A DNA stretch of 64,000 nt from an uncultured Bacteroidales bacterium (GCA_947169015.1 CAMVOD010000002.1:53855-117854); one strand, 5' to 3'; shown: positions 6,271-16,827, counted from the first letter of the stretch. The notes: generated by a model not told the origin, from the letters alone. Program-made: numbers and translations.

Positions 6271-8688
6271 ATGGTTATGAAGAGATTTTTCGTTTTTGCG
6301 GCCCTTGCCGCCTTCGCACTGACTTCTTGCGAACAGAAGATAGACATCCCTGCAGAAATACCGACCCCCGGCAGCTCGGAATCCACCGGTTTGGTGTTCA
6401 CTGCAACCACTGAAAGTGCTGCGACCAAGACAACCCTCTCCCCGGATGGAGAGAATTTCAATGTCGTATGGCAGAACGGTGACCCGATTACGATAGTGGA
6501 TGGTGCGACAACCCCGAACGTGGGTGTATACAGCACGGAAAGCACCACTACCACTGCCACATTCACATTACAGTCTGGCAATGCGGCTGCTGAACAGCCT
6601 TTCAACGCCTGGTATCCTGCATGCATATATAACAACGGAGCCCCGGCTCTGCCTGCCACCCAGGACTATGCCGAAGGCAACATCAGCGGCGCGCCGATGT
6701 TTGCGGGCAGCAGCACCACCAGCCTGAATTTTAAGAACCTAGGCGGTATCATCTGCCTGAATCTGTCGACAAGCCTGCCTGATATCTCTGTGGCCAGCAT
6801 CTCATTGAGCGCAACCCAGCCGATGAGCGGTCCCATCACCAATGTTGAGGATCTTAGTTCCGAGACCCCTGTGGCAGCGACCGTCTCAGGCACAGCGGGC
6901 GTAACCCTCAACTGCGGCGCCGGCGTCGCGCTCAGCAGCACCTCGAAGCCGTTCTACATCGCCGTTCCGGCGGGGACTTACAGTTCATTAAAGATAACGG
7001 TAACCACAACAGATGGAAAAGTGCAGACCCGTACGTCCAACAAGGGCATAGAAGTCGGACGCAGCCAAATTACAAATATCACTCTGGGCTTCAACGCCAT
7101 ATCTGCCACTACCGGCAGCGCAGAAATCACCGGCGGAGGCAGTCAGGAATGGGTGCAGCTCTGGCCCGGCGGCCCCAAATGGGCTAAGTTCAACATCGGC
7201 TCCACCATTACCAGCTATGCCGGAGTGACTGAGTATACCACAGCCACGATAGGCGGTTATTATTCTTACCGCGGCAGATATGACTCTCAAGCAGACGCCA
7301 ACGGAACGGATAACACAGCCAAATATATCTGGGGCTCCAACTGGGCAACTCCTACCGGGGAAATGGAGCAGGCACTTTTAGACAATTGCAACTGGACTTA
7401 CTGTGACGGATTAACAGTACAATATGTCCCCGGCTGCACGCTGGCTGGCTGGAAGGTAGAGGGCAAGGAAGCAGGATACACGGAGAATTCCATTTTCCTG
7501 CCTCTCTCCGGAATACGCGACCAGAACAACAACGCACGTGAGACCGTAGGCACCAGAGGCTGTTATTGGTCTGCCGACGCAGGAGGCTCCGAAGCTTATT
7601 TCATCAATTTAACTGCAACAGCTCACGACTATGTTTCTGCCAACCAGCCTCACGGTCTTTCTGTCCGCGCCATCTGCGTAGATAACAGAGAACTGTACAC
7701 GGACCTCAGCGCCACAGAGTCGGCAAACACCTATATCGTAACCTCTGCAGGCAGTTATAAATTCAAAGCTACCGTGAAAGGTAACGGCGGCCTCGATCCG
7801 CTTACTGGCACGACGGCGACGACCATCAACCCGGACGACATATCCGGAGTCACTGTTCTTTGGGAGCAGGGAAAAAATTCAGGTTACGCCATCCAACAGA
7901 CCTCCGGCAGCTATGAAATCAACTACTCTGCTGGTTATGTATCTTTCATCAAGCCCAATACAGAAGTGCGGAATACCGCATGCGTAGCTATTTTCAAGGA
8001 CGGTTCAGGCGGTATCGCAGGACAATATGACAAGGACTATGATGAAATCCTCTGGAGCTGGCTGATCTGGTCTTCTCCTGAGCCGGGTACTATGGAACAT
8101 AACGGCAAGCTCTTCATGGACCGTAATCTCGGTGCTTCTTTGTATGGTCTGGGTGAAAACTATGCAAGGGGTTTCCTCTTCCAGTGGGGTCGCAAAGATG
8201 CATTCACGGCTTGCGCCGGTACTGACAATTACAGCGTGTATTATTATACCCCGCGGGCTGAAAACGTGTTTACGGAATATCCTACCGAAGTCAAGTCTAT
8301 GGCATACACAATTGCGCATCCGACAGCCAGGATCGTCTGCAAGACAGAGGCGATCCATTCCTGGATGCCGGAGTCAGAGTACAGCCTTCGTCCCTGGCGG
8401 GAAGATGTCAAAACCATCTACGATCCCTGTCCTCCGGGATGGAAAGTTCCCACAAAAAAGGAGATAGACGGCATAACAGGACTGCCCGACACCGGCCTTT
8501 ATAACAGTAGTTCCAATAGCAATAATCTTCGCCATTTTGGCAATTCTGATAAAGGCTATTATTGGACCAGCACCATCAGTGATGATTCAAATCTTCCGGG
8601 AAACGCTTATGCCTTCTGCAACGACGGGAGGAACCTCAACAACTGGTCACAGGCCGAAGGCTATGCCATCCGCCCTGTCCGGGAGTAG
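6271..8688 (+). CDS. Large surface lipoprotein: fimbrillin-like N-terminal region plus two FISUMP (Fibrobacter succinogenes major paralogous)-like modules
   Basis: Lipoprotein signal MVMKRFFVFAALAAFALTSC. Module 1 reads ...WATPTGEMEQALL...GCYWSADAGGSEAYFINL...GLSVRAICV. Module 2 reads GKLFMDRNLGAS...FLFQWGRKDAF...DPCPPGWKVPTKKE...YYWTSTISDD...AYAFCNDG...GYAIRPVRE. Confidence 0.75.
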   Translation: MVMKRFFVFAALAAFALTSCEQKIDIPAEIPTPGSSESTGLVFTATTESAATKTTLSPDGENFNVVWQNGDPITIVDGATTPNVGVYSTESTTTTATFTLQSGNAAAEQPFNAWYPACIYNNGAPALPATQDYAEGNISGAPMFAGSSTTSLNFKNLGGIICLNLSTSLPDISVASISLSATQPMSGPITNVEDLSSETPVAATVSGTAGVTLNCGAGVALSSTSKPFYIAVPAGTYSSLKITVTTTDGKVQTRTSNKGIEVGRSQITNITLGFNAISATTGSAEITGGGSQEWVQLWPGGPKWAKFNIGSTITSYAGVTEYTTATIGGYYSYRGRYDSQADANGTDNTAKYIWGSNWATPTGEMEQALLDNCNWTYCDGLTVQYVPGCTLAGWKVEGKEAGYTENSIFLPLSGIRDQNNNARETVGTRGCYWSADAGGSEAYFINLTATAHDYVSANQPHGLSVRAICVDNRELYTDLSATESANTYIVTSAGSYKFKATVKGNGGLDPLTGTTATTINPDDISGVTVLWEQGKNSGYAIQQTSGSYEINYSAGYVSFIKPNTEVRNTACVAIFKDGSGGIAGQYDKDYDEILWSWLIWSSPEPGTMEHNGKLFMDRNLGASLYGLGENYARGFLFQWGRKDAFTACAGTDNYSVYYYTPRAENVFTEYPTEVKSMAYTIAHPTARIVCKTEAIHSWMPESEYSLRPWREDVKTIYDPCPPGWKVPTKKEIDGITGLPDTGLYNSSSNSNNLRHFGNSDKGYYWTSTISDDSNLPGNAYAFCNDGRNLNNWSQAEGYAIRPVRE

Positions 8689-8709
8689 ATCCATTGGCTT
8701 AAAAAGAAT

Positions 8710-8749
8710 ATCCCGCCGGCCCTGTCCGAGTTGGCGGGATTTCTTTTTT
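8710..8749 (+). terminator. Rho-independent terminator
   Basis: ATCCCGCC (8710-8717) pairs with GGCGGGAT (8733-8740), followed by TTCTTTTTT. Confidence 0.7.
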
Positions 8750-8870
8750 CAGGACGGCACACAGCGCGTGCTTTGTATTCTCCTGATTATCAACGATTAA
8801 AGCAAAGACCTACCCATCAAAATCGAGGGAAGACGATTACGTAATCACTTGAGTATCCGGCGGTTACAAA

Positions 8871-10256
8871 TCACGCCTTAAAGAGTTTCCGGCAGAGCTC
8901 GGCGACGTCGGAGACTGCAACGACCTCGATGTTGTCGTTGCGGGCGAAGGAATCCTTCTTGTTGAACGAAGAGATGTAGATTTTCCGGAAGCCGAGCTTG
9001 GCAGCTTCGCTGATGCGTCTTTCGACCTGGCTGACGGGCCTTATCTCGCCGCTCAGGCCGACTTCGGCGCTGAAGCAGCTGTCGGCGGACACGCAGATGT
9101 CGAAATTGGAAGACAGGATGGCTGCGATGACCGCCAGGTCGCAGGCGGGGTCGCTGATGCGCATACCTCCGGCGACATTCAGGAACACATCCTTGGCGCT
9201 GAGCCTGAATCCGGCCCTCTTTTCCAGCACTGCGAGCAGCATATTCATCTTGCGGACATCGAAACCGGTGGCGCTGCGCTGCGGCATTCCGTAGGCGGCG
9301 GAGCTCACCAGGGACTGTATCTCGATGAGCAGGGGCCTGGTGCCGTCCATCATCGCGGCGACGGCGATGCCGCTGAGGTTCTCCTGATGCATCGGGATGA
9401 GCATCTCGCTGGGATTGCTGACTTCGCGAAGGCCCTTGCCGGTCATCTCGAAGACCGACAGCTCGGCAGTCGAGCCGAAGCGGTTCTTGATGCTGCGCAG
9501 GATCCTGTACGCGCCGCGGGTATCACCTTCGAACTGCAGCACCACGTCGACGATATGCTCCAGGATCTTGGGTCCGGCAATCGCGCCGTCCTTGGTGATG
9601 TGGCCGATGAGAATCACCGACGTATTGCTCTCCTTGGCGTAGCGCAGCAGCGCCGCGGCGCACTCACGCACCTGCGACACGCTTCCAGCCGAAGACTCTA
9701 TCGCTTCGCTGAAGATAGTCTGTATGGAATCGATTATGAGAAGGTCGGGATTGACCTCGCGGGCCCTGTCGATAATGTTCTCCAGCAGCGTCTCGCTGAG
9801 CACCAGACAGTCGCAGTCGTCGCTGCCCAGCCTCTGCGCACGCAGCTTCAGCTGACGCAGGCTCTCCTCGCCGGACACGTAAAGAGTCTTTATGAGCGGG
9901 CAGTTCATCGGAATCTGCAGGGCCAGCGTCGACTTGCCGATGCCGGGCTCGCCGCCTATCAGAATCATAGAGCCGCGGACCATACCGCCGCCCAGAATCC
10001 TGTCCACCTCCTCAATGCCGATGGAGAAACGGCTCTCCTCGGACATACTGATTTCAGAAAGAGGCTGAGGACGTGCGTCTTTTTCGGTGGAGACATAAGC
10101 CCTTGTGCGCGAAGGAGCCGCCGCCTTGGCGGAAGAAGCGGCCTTGGGCTCTTCGACCATAGTGTTCCACTCCCCGCAGGCAGGGCACTGCCCCATCCAT
10201 TTGGGATATTCGTTGCCGCACTGCGTGCAGTACCATACAGTCTTCGCCTTAGCCAT
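8871..10256 (-). CDS. radA: DNA repair protein RadA (Sms)
   Basis: N-terminal zinc finger CTQCGNEYPKWMGQCPACGEWN, Walker A GEPGIGKST, KNRFG motif, Lon-like C-terminus. Confidence 0.95.
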   Translation of the reverse strand: MAKAKTVWYCTQCGNEYPKWMGQCPACGEWNTMVEEPKAASSAKAAAPSRTRAYVSTEKDARPQPLSEISMSEESRFSIGIEEVDRILGGGMVRGSMILIGGEPGIGKSTLALQIPMNCPLIKTLYVSGEESLRQLKLRAQRLGSDDCDCLVLSETLLENIIDRAREVNPDLLIIDSIQTIFSEAIESSAGSVSQVRECAAALLRYAKESNTSVILIGHITKDGAIAGPKILEHIVDVVLQFEGDTRGAYRILRSIKNRFGSTAELSVFEMTGKGLREVSNPSEMLIPMHQENLSGIAVAAMMDGTRPLLIEIQSLVSSAAYGMPQRSATGFDVRKMNMLLAVLEKRAGFRLSAKDVFLNVAGGMRISDPACDLAVIAAILSSNFDICVSADSCFSAEVGLSGEIRPVSQVERRISEAAKLGFRKIYISSFNKKDSFARNDNIEVVAVSDVAELCRKLFKA

Positions 10257-10259
10257 AGC

Positions 10260-11111
10260 CTATCCCCTCCTTACCCTTACGAATCTATCCTTGTCATTGA
10301 AATCCTTCACTACCTCTGCGCCCTGGAAAAGCGCGGCAGTCTCGTGTGCGAGCGCCTCGTTGACCTCCATCCACATCACGCCGTGAGGCTTGAGCAGAGC
10401 TGCAGCCCACACAGCAAGAGCGCGGTAGAAGACGAGAGGATCCTCGTCGGGCACGAACAGCGCCAGCGCAGGCTCCCACTTGAGCACATTGTCGCGCATA
10501 GCCGCCTTCTCGCTTTCACGGATGTAAGGGGGATTGCTGACTATGACGTCGAACTGGGGCAGGCCGGCAGGAGGAGCCTGGAGCACGTCGGCCAGGAAGA
10601 ACACCGGACGGATGCACTTCACCCTCTGCTTGCAGGCGACCGCCAGAGCGTCGTTGCTGATGTCGCAGCCGTACACCTGGGCGTCGGGGAACTCCGAGGC
10701 AAAGGCGTATGCCAGACAGCCCGAACCGGTGCAGATGTCCAGCACGTTGAAATTGTCGTCTTCGCTGCCTTCCATCACTGCCTCCGCATCTTCGGCGGCA
10801 AGGGAGAAAAGCTGCTCAGTCTCGGGACGGGGTATCAGCACGCCCTCCCGCACGCGGATGCGCAGCCCGGCGAACGTGCAGCTGCCTAGCACATACTGCA
10901 GCGGCTTGGCGGCCAGCAGCTCGTCTTCCATAGCCATCAGGCGCAGCATCGCCTCCTGGGGAATCTCCCTGTCAGGCTCGCTGAGTATCTTGTACTTCTC
11001 GATGCCAAGCACATTGCAGACCACGGCCTGGGCCACGGCTTTCGCTTCCGCCTCCGGATACAGAGCCGCAAGTCTCCCTGCAAGAGCTTTTATGTAGGCA
11101 CCTACAGTCAT
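10260..11111 (-). CDS. prmC: Peptide chain release factor N5-glutamine methyltransferase
   Basis: 283 aa with the NPPY motif (VSNPPYI) and a SAM-binding DICTGSG. Confidence 0.9.
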   Translation of the reverse strand: MTVGAYIKALAGRLAALYPEAEAKAVAQAVVCNVLGIEKYKILSEPDREIPQEAMLRLMAMEDELLAAKPLQYVLGSCTFAGLRIRVREGVLIPRPETEQLFSLAAEDAEAVMEGSEDDNFNVLDICTGSGCLAYAFASEFPDAQVYGCDISNDALAVACKQRVKCIRPVFFLADVLQAPPAGLPQFDVIVSNPPYIRESEKAAMRDNVLKWEPALALFVPDEDPLVFYRALAVWAAALLKPHGVMWMEVNEALAHETAALFQGAEVVKDFNDKDRFVRVRRG

Positions 11112-12091
11112 TATCTGGCACTCTCTATAAGTTCGGTGAAGAAATCACCCATATCGATTCCGGCTACCCTGACCATCTTGGGCACGAGGCTCATACGGGT
11201 CATACCGGGAGTAGCGTTGATCTCGAGGAAATACACCCCGTCTTCGGCCATAATGTAGTCCATCCTGACAAGGCCGGTGCATCCGAGATGGCGGTAGATC
11301 CTTTCGGTCCAGTAGCTGATGTCAGCTTTCTGGGCGTCGGTAATCTCTGCCGGGCACACCTCTTCGCTCTTGCCGAGGTACTTGGCCTCATAGTCGAAAT
11401 ATTCGTTCTCGGTTATGATCTCGGTGACGGGCAGGACGGTGACCTTGCCGCCGGAAGTATAGGCGGCCTGGGTGACCTCACGGCCGGTGACAGCCTTCTC
11501 GATCAGCAGCGTGTCGCTCTCCTTGAATGCAGCCTCTATGGCAGCCGGCATCTCGGACACCTTCTTGACCTTGGTGACGCCGAAACTGCTGCCGCCGTCA
11601 GAAGGCTTCACGAAAACCGGAAGCGAAAGCTTGCCCACGATGGTATCAACGTCATAGGCCTCTCCCTTGTGCAGGAAGACATCATCGGCCATCTTCACGC
11701 CTGTATCGCGCAGGAAGGTCTTGCAGGAATACTTGTTGAACGCCACGGTGCACACGAACGACGAGCAGGTGGTCACGGGCACGCCCATCATCTCGAAATA
11801 GCCCTGCAGCAGGCCGTTCTCGCCAGGGATGCCGTGAATCATTATGCAGGCCACGTCGAAGCGGATGCCGTTGCACGAGAAAGTGCCTTTGTCCACGGCG
11901 CCGAGCACCCTCATCTGGTCGCTGTCCTCGCTCTCCCACTCTATGAGGAGCCAATTGTCGGAATTGAACAGTATCTGGTAGACCTCGTATTTATCCTTGT
12001 CAATCGAAGCTGCGGCATAACGGCCGCTCAGTATTGAAATATCTCTTTCGGAAGAAGTTCCTCCGTAAATAACCGCTACTCTTTTTTTCAT
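11111..12091 (-). CDS. ddl: D-alanine--D-alanine ligase
   Basis: N-terminus MKKRVAVIYGGTSSERDISILSG, ATP-grasp layout, 326 aa. Confidence 0.93.
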   Translation of the reverse strand: MKKRVAVIYGGTSSERDISILSGRYAAASIDKDKYEVYQILFNSDNWLLIEWESEDSDQMRVLGAVDKGTFSCNGIRFDVACIMIHGIPGENGLLQGYFEMMGVPVTTCSSFVCTVAFNKYSCKTFLRDTGVKMADDVFLHKGEAYDVDTIVGKLSLPVFVKPSDGGSSFGVTKVKKVSEMPAAIEAAFKESDTLLIEKAVTGREVTQAAYTSGGKVTVLPVTEIITENEYFDYEAKYLGKSEEVCPAEITDAQKADISYWTERIYRHLGCTGLVRMDYIMAEDGVYFLEINATPGMTRMSLVPKMVRVAGIDMGDFFTELIESAR

Positions 12092-12094
12092 TGT

Positions 12095-14452
12095 CTAATT
12101 AAAGAAATCATCCTCTGCGTTAGTTTCCCCTCCGCCGGCCGTCAGGTCGTCGTCACCGCCGGTGCAGGCAAGGCTCATATTCCAGCCGACAGGCGGCACG
12201 AAGCTCTCGCCGTTGCGGATGCCGATGGTCGGGTCCGCGAGCACCTTGTTCATAAAGATGCCCCAGATGGGCAGGGCCATATAGGAACCTCCGCCGTACG
12301 CAAGACTCTCGAAGTGAACCTGACGGTCCTCGGCTCCGACCCACACTCCTGCGGTAAGCTTCGGGATATATCCGATGAACCATCCGTCGCTCTGGTCATT
12401 GGTGGTTCCGGTCTTGCCGGCAGCACCCTCGATGCCGTATTTCCAGCGCAGGCGGCTGGCCGTACCTTCGTTGACGACACCCTGCATCAGGTTGACCATC
12501 AGATATGCCGTAGGGTCGCTGATAGCCTCGCGCTTGCGGGTGGTGAAGTTGGCCAGCAGGTTGCCGGAATTATCCTCGATGCGCTCCACGAAATACGAGT
12601 TGATGAACACACCTCGTGAAGGGTAGGTATTGTAGGCCGAAACCATCTCCATCACCGACATATCGCAGCTGCCCACGCAGAGCGAATAGACAGGATCGAT
12701 GAAACTGCTGATGCCGAGCTTGCGGCACATATCGACCATAGCCTCGGGGCCGAACTGCTTCATAAGGTAGGCGGAGATATTGTTGGAGCTGTGGGTAAGT
12801 CCCCATTTGAGGGTCACCGTATTGCCTATGTATTCGTTCTTGTCGGTGCTCTTCGGAGTCCAGACTGTACCGTCGGCGAGCACGAAGCTGTAGGGGATGT
12901 TCACCACCTTGTCGCAGGGGGTGTAGCCCTCCTGCATCGCAAGCGTGTAGAGGAAAGGCTTGATGGTGGAACCTACCTGGCGGTAACCCTGGCCGGCGTT
13001 GTCATATTTGAAATATCTGTAGTCCGGACCTCCGACATAAGCCTTGACCTTGCCGGTGTTCGGCTCGACAGCCACGAAGGCGGCCCTAAGGAACGACTTG
13101 TAATACTTGATTGAGTCGTTGGGCGTCATCACGGTGTCCACATAGCCGTTCTTGTTCCAGGAGAACACCCTCATCTTCGTGGGCTCGTCGAAGGTCTTCA
13201 TAATGTCGCTGTCGGACATTCCGGCCTTCTTCAGGCTGGTATAGCGGTCGCTCCAGCGGCGGCCCTGCTGCATCAGGCGCTCCACGGTGGCCTGGTCGAC
13301 GCTGTTGGAGAACGGTTTGTTGCGCTTCGACTTGAGGTCGGTGAACAGCAGCGGCTGCAGGTCGCTTCCGAGATGCTCCTTGATGGCGTCCTCGGCATAT
13401 TTCTGCATACGCGAATCAATGGTGGTGTAGATGCGCAGACCGTCCTTGTCGAGGTTGTAGCGGCTTCCGTCGGGCTTGGTGTTCTTGTTGAGCCAGCCGT
13501 AGAGAGGGTCTTCGACCCAGCGGGTCGAATCCCTGCGGTAATCCTCTATCTGGGTGTATGAAGAGCGTTTGGGCTTCTCGGCATTCATTGTCTTGCGCAG
13601 CATATCCCTGAAATATGAGCCCAGGCCGGCGTTGTGGTCCTGCCTCTGGTAAGAAAGGACTATGGGCAGGGCGCTGACGGAGTCACACTCAGCCTTGCTG
13701 ATATATCCGTATTTCTGCATCTGGCGCAGGACGTGGTTGCGGCGCTCCATCGACTGCTCGGGATTGACTGCAGGATTGTACCGGGTCGGCTTGTTGACGA
13801 TGCCCACCAGGCAGGCGCTCTCTTCGAGCAGCAGGTCGCCGGTCTTCTTGTCGAAGTAGGTGCGGGCCGCGGTGTTGATACCGTAGGCCTCGCTGCCGAA
13901 GAACACGGCGTTGAGATACATCGTAATTATCTCGTCCTTGGTGTAGTTGCGCTCAAGCTTGACTGCGGTGATCCACTCTTTGAGCTTGTTCTTTATCAGT
14001 TTGAGGTATTTCGCACCGGGGAAGCGGGATTCCGACGTCTCGCGGGGGAAGAGGGTCTTGGCAAGCTGCTGGGTGATGGTACTGCCGCCGCCCTGGCTGG
14101 TATTGCGCATCAGGATGGTCTTGACGGCGACGCGGCCCAGGGAGCGGAAGTCGATGCCGGAGTGCTTGCGGAAACGCGCATCTTCGGTGGCTATCGCGGC
14201 GTCGACGAGGGACTTCGGCAGCTCCTCGAACGAAACGTACGAGCGGTTTTCTATATGGTAGGTATTGAACACTTCCCCGTCACAGCTGATGAGCTGGGTG
14301 GCGAGATTGCTCTTTGGATTCTCCAGTTCTTCAAACGAAGGCAGGTCTGCGAAAGCTGCTACGAAAAGTAGGCAGAGCAGCAACAGCAAGAAGGGGGCTG
14401 TGAGCAGGATCCACCAGCATCTGACTATTTTTTTCTTGGTCTCAAGCTTCAT
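12095..14452 (-). CDS. mrcA: Penicillin-binding protein 1A (bifunctional transglycosylase/transpeptidase)
   Basis: TM anchor. Glycosyltransferase motif ATEDARFRKHSGID. Transpeptidase motifs STIKP, SSN and KTGTT. Confidence 0.93.
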   Translation of the reverse strand: MKLETKKKIVRCWWILLTAPFLLLLLCLLFVAAFADLPSFEELENPKSNLATQLISCDGEVFNTYHIENRSYVSFEELPKSLVDAAIATEDARFRKHSGIDFRSLGRVAVKTILMRNTSQGGGSTITQQLAKTLFPRETSESRFPGAKYLKLIKNKLKEWITAVKLERNYTKDEIITMYLNAVFFGSEAYGINTAARTYFDKKTGDLLLEESACLVGIVNKPTRYNPAVNPEQSMERRNHVLRQMQKYGYISKAECDSVSALPIVLSYQRQDHNAGLGSYFRDMLRKTMNAEKPKRSSYTQIEDYRRDSTRWVEDPLYGWLNKNTKPDGSRYNLDKDGLRIYTTIDSRMQKYAEDAIKEHLGSDLQPLLFTDLKSKRNKPFSNSVDQATVERLMQQGRRWSDRYTSLKKAGMSDSDIMKTFDEPTKMRVFSWNKNGYVDTVMTPNDSIKYYKSFLRAAFVAVEPNTGKVKAYVGGPDYRYFKYDNAGQGYRQVGSTIKPFLYTLAMQEGYTPCDKVVNIPYSFVLADGTVWTPKSTDKNEYIGNTVTLKWGLTHSSNNISAYLMKQFGPEAMVDMCRKLGISSFIDPVYSLCVGSCDMSVMEMVSAYNTYPSRGVFINSYFVERIEDNSGNLLANFTTRKREAISDPTAYLMVNLMQGVVNEGTASRLRWKYGIEGAAGKTGTTNDQSDGWFIGYIPKLTAGVWVGAEDRQVHFESLAYGGGSYMALPIWGIFMNKVLADPTIGIRNGESFVPPVGWNMSLACTGGDDDLTAGGGETNAEDDFFN

Positions 14453-14485
14453 TTCGGAATAGGTTTGAAACGCGAATTTAGCAAT

Positions 14486-14493
14486 TAAATTTG
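14486..14493 (+). promoter_or_regulatory. Candidate -7 promoter box (TAAATTTG) for topA
   Basis: TAnnTTTG match 51 nt upstream of ATG 14545. Confidence 0.35.
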
Positions 14494-14544
14494 GATTATA
14501 CCTCTATTTATATTTTACTTTGCGCTTCCTAAAAAATCGTTATT

Positions 14545-16827
14545 ATGGGAGAGAATCTTGTCATCGTCGAGTCACCCGCCAAAGCCAAGACAATCGAGAA
14601 ATTCCTTGGCAAGGGTTATACCGTAAAATCCAGCTTCGGTCATATCCGCGACCTCTCAAAGCAGAAACTCGGAGTCGACACGGAGCACGGTTTCATACCG
14701 CATTACGAAATTGCCCCCGACAAGAAAAAGCTGGTTGCAGACCTCAGGAAAGCAGCCTCGGACGCCTCAATGGTATGGCTCGCATCCGATGAGGACCGCG
14801 AAGGGGAAGCCATCGCCTGGCACCTTTTCGAGACCCTGGAGCTTGACAACGCCAAGACCCGCCGCATCGCATTCCACGAAATCACGAAGAACGCCATCCT
14901 GGAAGCTATCGAGGCTCCCCGCGGCATAGATATGAACCTCGTCAACGCCCAGCAGGCCCGCCGCATCCTCGACCGCCTGGTAGGATTCGAGCTCTCCCCC
15001 ATCCTCTGGAAAAAGGTGCAGCCCAAGCTTTCCGCCGGCCGTGTGCAGTCAGTCGCAGTAAGGCTGATCGTGGACAAGGAGAGGGAGATCTCCGCCTTCA
15101 AGGCAGCATCGTTCTACAAGGTCGAGGGCACATTCGTCCCCGCCGGCCTCAAGAACAAGATCAAAGGCAGCGTCGACAAGAAGTTCGAAAATGAGAAAGA
15201 AGCTGTCGCATTCCTCGAGAGTTGCAGGAACGCTGATTTCTCAGTAGCATCCATCGAGAAGAAGGAACTCACCCGCACCCCGGCCGCTCCTTTCACGACT
15301 TCACTCCTCCAGCAGGAGGCTTCCCGCAAGCTCGGCTTCTCTGTAAGCCAGACGATGACGATCGCCCAGAGGCTCTACGAAGCCGGTCTGATCACCTATA
15401 TGCGTACCGACTCCGTCAACCTGTCTTCGCTCGCCATCAATGCCGCCAAGGCATTCATCGTCGGCGAATACGGCGAGTCATACTCAAAGCCCCGCAAATA
15501 CAAGACCCGCACCAAGGGCGCCCAGGAGGCTCACGAGGCCATCCGCCCCACTTATATACAGAACGTCACCATCGAAGGCAACACCAACGAGAAGAAGCTC
15601 TACAACCTCATCTGGAAACGCACCATCGCCAGCCAGATGGCCGATGCGGTAGTCGAGAAGACAACAGTCGACATCAAGGCTGACGGCGTCAGCGAGCCTT
15701 TCGTGGCCGAAGCCGAGAAAGTAGTCTTCGACGGATTCCTGAAAGTCTACATCGAAGGCACCGACGACGAAGAGACCACTGAGGAACTCACCCTTATGCC
15801 TTCAATCTCCAAAGGCCAGAAGATGGACCGCAAGGAGATCGACGCAGTGGAGCGCTTCACTCCGAAGCCCTCACGCTACACCGAGGCCAGCCTGGTCAAG
15901 AAGCTCGAAGAGCTGGGAATCGGCCGCCCGTCAACCTACGCCCCGACCATTTCGACCATTATGAAGCGCGGCTATGTGGCCAAGGGCGACAGCAAGGGAG
16001 AAGCCCGCAATTACAACATCTACGCGCTGAAGGGCGACAGCATCACCAGCCAGACCAAATCTGAGACCGTCGGCAAGGAGAAAGGCAAGCTGTTCGCCGA
16101 GAACATCGGAATAGTGGTGACCGACTACCTCGACGCCAACTTCCAGTCCATTATGGACTATGGCTTCACAGCCCAGGTAGAGCAGGATTTCGACGACATA
16201 GCCAACGGCAAGAGGGTGTGGAACGAAGTCATCGCCGATTTCTACTCTGACTTCCACAACACCGTCGAAGAGAAGCTCAACGACCGCACCCACACACACG
16301 CAGAGCGCCGTCTCGGCGTCGACCCGTCAAGCGGCAAGATGCTCATCGCCCGTATGGGACGCTTCGGCCCGCTGGTTCAGAAAGGCGAGAACGACGACCC
16401 CGACAAGCAGTTCGCAAGCCTCAAGAAAGGCCAGCTGATCGAGAACATCACCATTGAAGAGGCTGCCAAGCTGTTCGACTTGCCCCGCACTGTCGGCACT
16501 TATGAAGGCAAGCCCGTCACCGTCGCTGTGGGACGTTTCGGCCCATACATCAAATTCGGCTCGGAGTTCGTGTCTATCGGCAAGAACTACGACCCGATGC
16601 TGATAACCGAGGCAGAAGCCGCCGCCCTGATCGAAGACCACAGGCAGAAAGAACTCAAGAAGCACATCGCCAGCTTCGGGGACATCGAGGTGCTCAACGG
16701 ACGTTTCGGCCCCTACATCAAGCAGGGTAGGAACAATTACAAGATTCCGAAAGGCACAGCTCCCGAATCGCTTGACGAAGCAGCCTGCAGGGCCATTATC
16801 GAAAAAGCCAACAAATCCGCCAAATAA
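14545..16827 (+). CDS. topA: DNA topoisomerase I
   Basis: Toprim N-terminus LVIVESPAKAKTIEKFLG and repeated C-terminal GRFGPY motifs, 760 aa. Confidence 0.95.
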   Translation: MGENLVIVESPAKAKTIEKFLGKGYTVKSSFGHIRDLSKQKLGVDTEHGFIPHYEIAPDKKKLVADLRKAASDASMVWLASDEDREGEAIAWHLFETLELDNAKTRRIAFHEITKNAILEAIEAPRGIDMNLVNAQQARRILDRLVGFELSPILWKKVQPKLSAGRVQSVAVRLIVDKEREISAFKAASFYKVEGTFVPAGLKNKIKGSVDKKFENEKEAVAFLESCRNADFSVASIEKKELTRTPAAPFTTSLLQQEASRKLGFSVSQTMTIAQRLYEAGLITYMRTDSVNLSSLAINAAKAFIVGEYGESYSKPRKYKTRTKGAQEAHEAIRPTYIQNVTIEGNTNEKKLYNLIWKRTIASQMADAVVEKTTVDIKADGVSEPFVAEAEKVVFDGFLKVYIEGTDDEETTEELTLMPSISKGQKMDRKEIDAVERFTPKPSRYTEASLVKKLEELGIGRPSTYAPTISTIMKRGYVAKGDSKGEARNYNIYALKGDSITSQTKSETVGKEKGKLFAENIGIVVTDYLDANFQSIMDYGFTAQVEQDFDDIANGKRVWNEVIADFYSDFHNTVEEKLNDRTHTHAERRLGVDPSSGKMLIARMGRFGPLVQKGENDDPDKQFASLKKGQLIENITIEEAAKLFDLPRTVGTYEGKPVTVAVGRFGPYIKFGSEFVSIGKNYDPMLITEAEAAALIEDHRQKELKKHIASFGDIEVLNGRFGPYIKQGRNNYKIPKGTAPESLDEAACRAIIEKANKSAK

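Noticed and set aside
8540-8760. Diversity-generating retroelement target (variable region) at the C-terminus of the FISUMP lipoprotein
   Set aside because: The lectin-like C-terminus followed by a hairpin resembles DGR targets. However, I could find no template-repeat copy of 8540-8688 anywhere in the window and no reverse transcriptase. The hairpin with a T-run is adequately explained as a terminator.
9387-10889. 500-aa ORF on the plus strand
   Set aside because: It is antisense to radA and prmC, which carry clear catalytic motifs. Its composition is Ala/Arg/Gly/His-rich and low in complexity, typical of stop-free shadow frames in high-GC coding DNA. There is no start context or promoter box.
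14506-14520. TACTTTG near topA as a -7 box
   Set aside because: It has only one spacer base (TAnTTTG) and so does not fit TAnnTTTG. The properly spaced TAAATTTG at 14486-14493 was reported instead.
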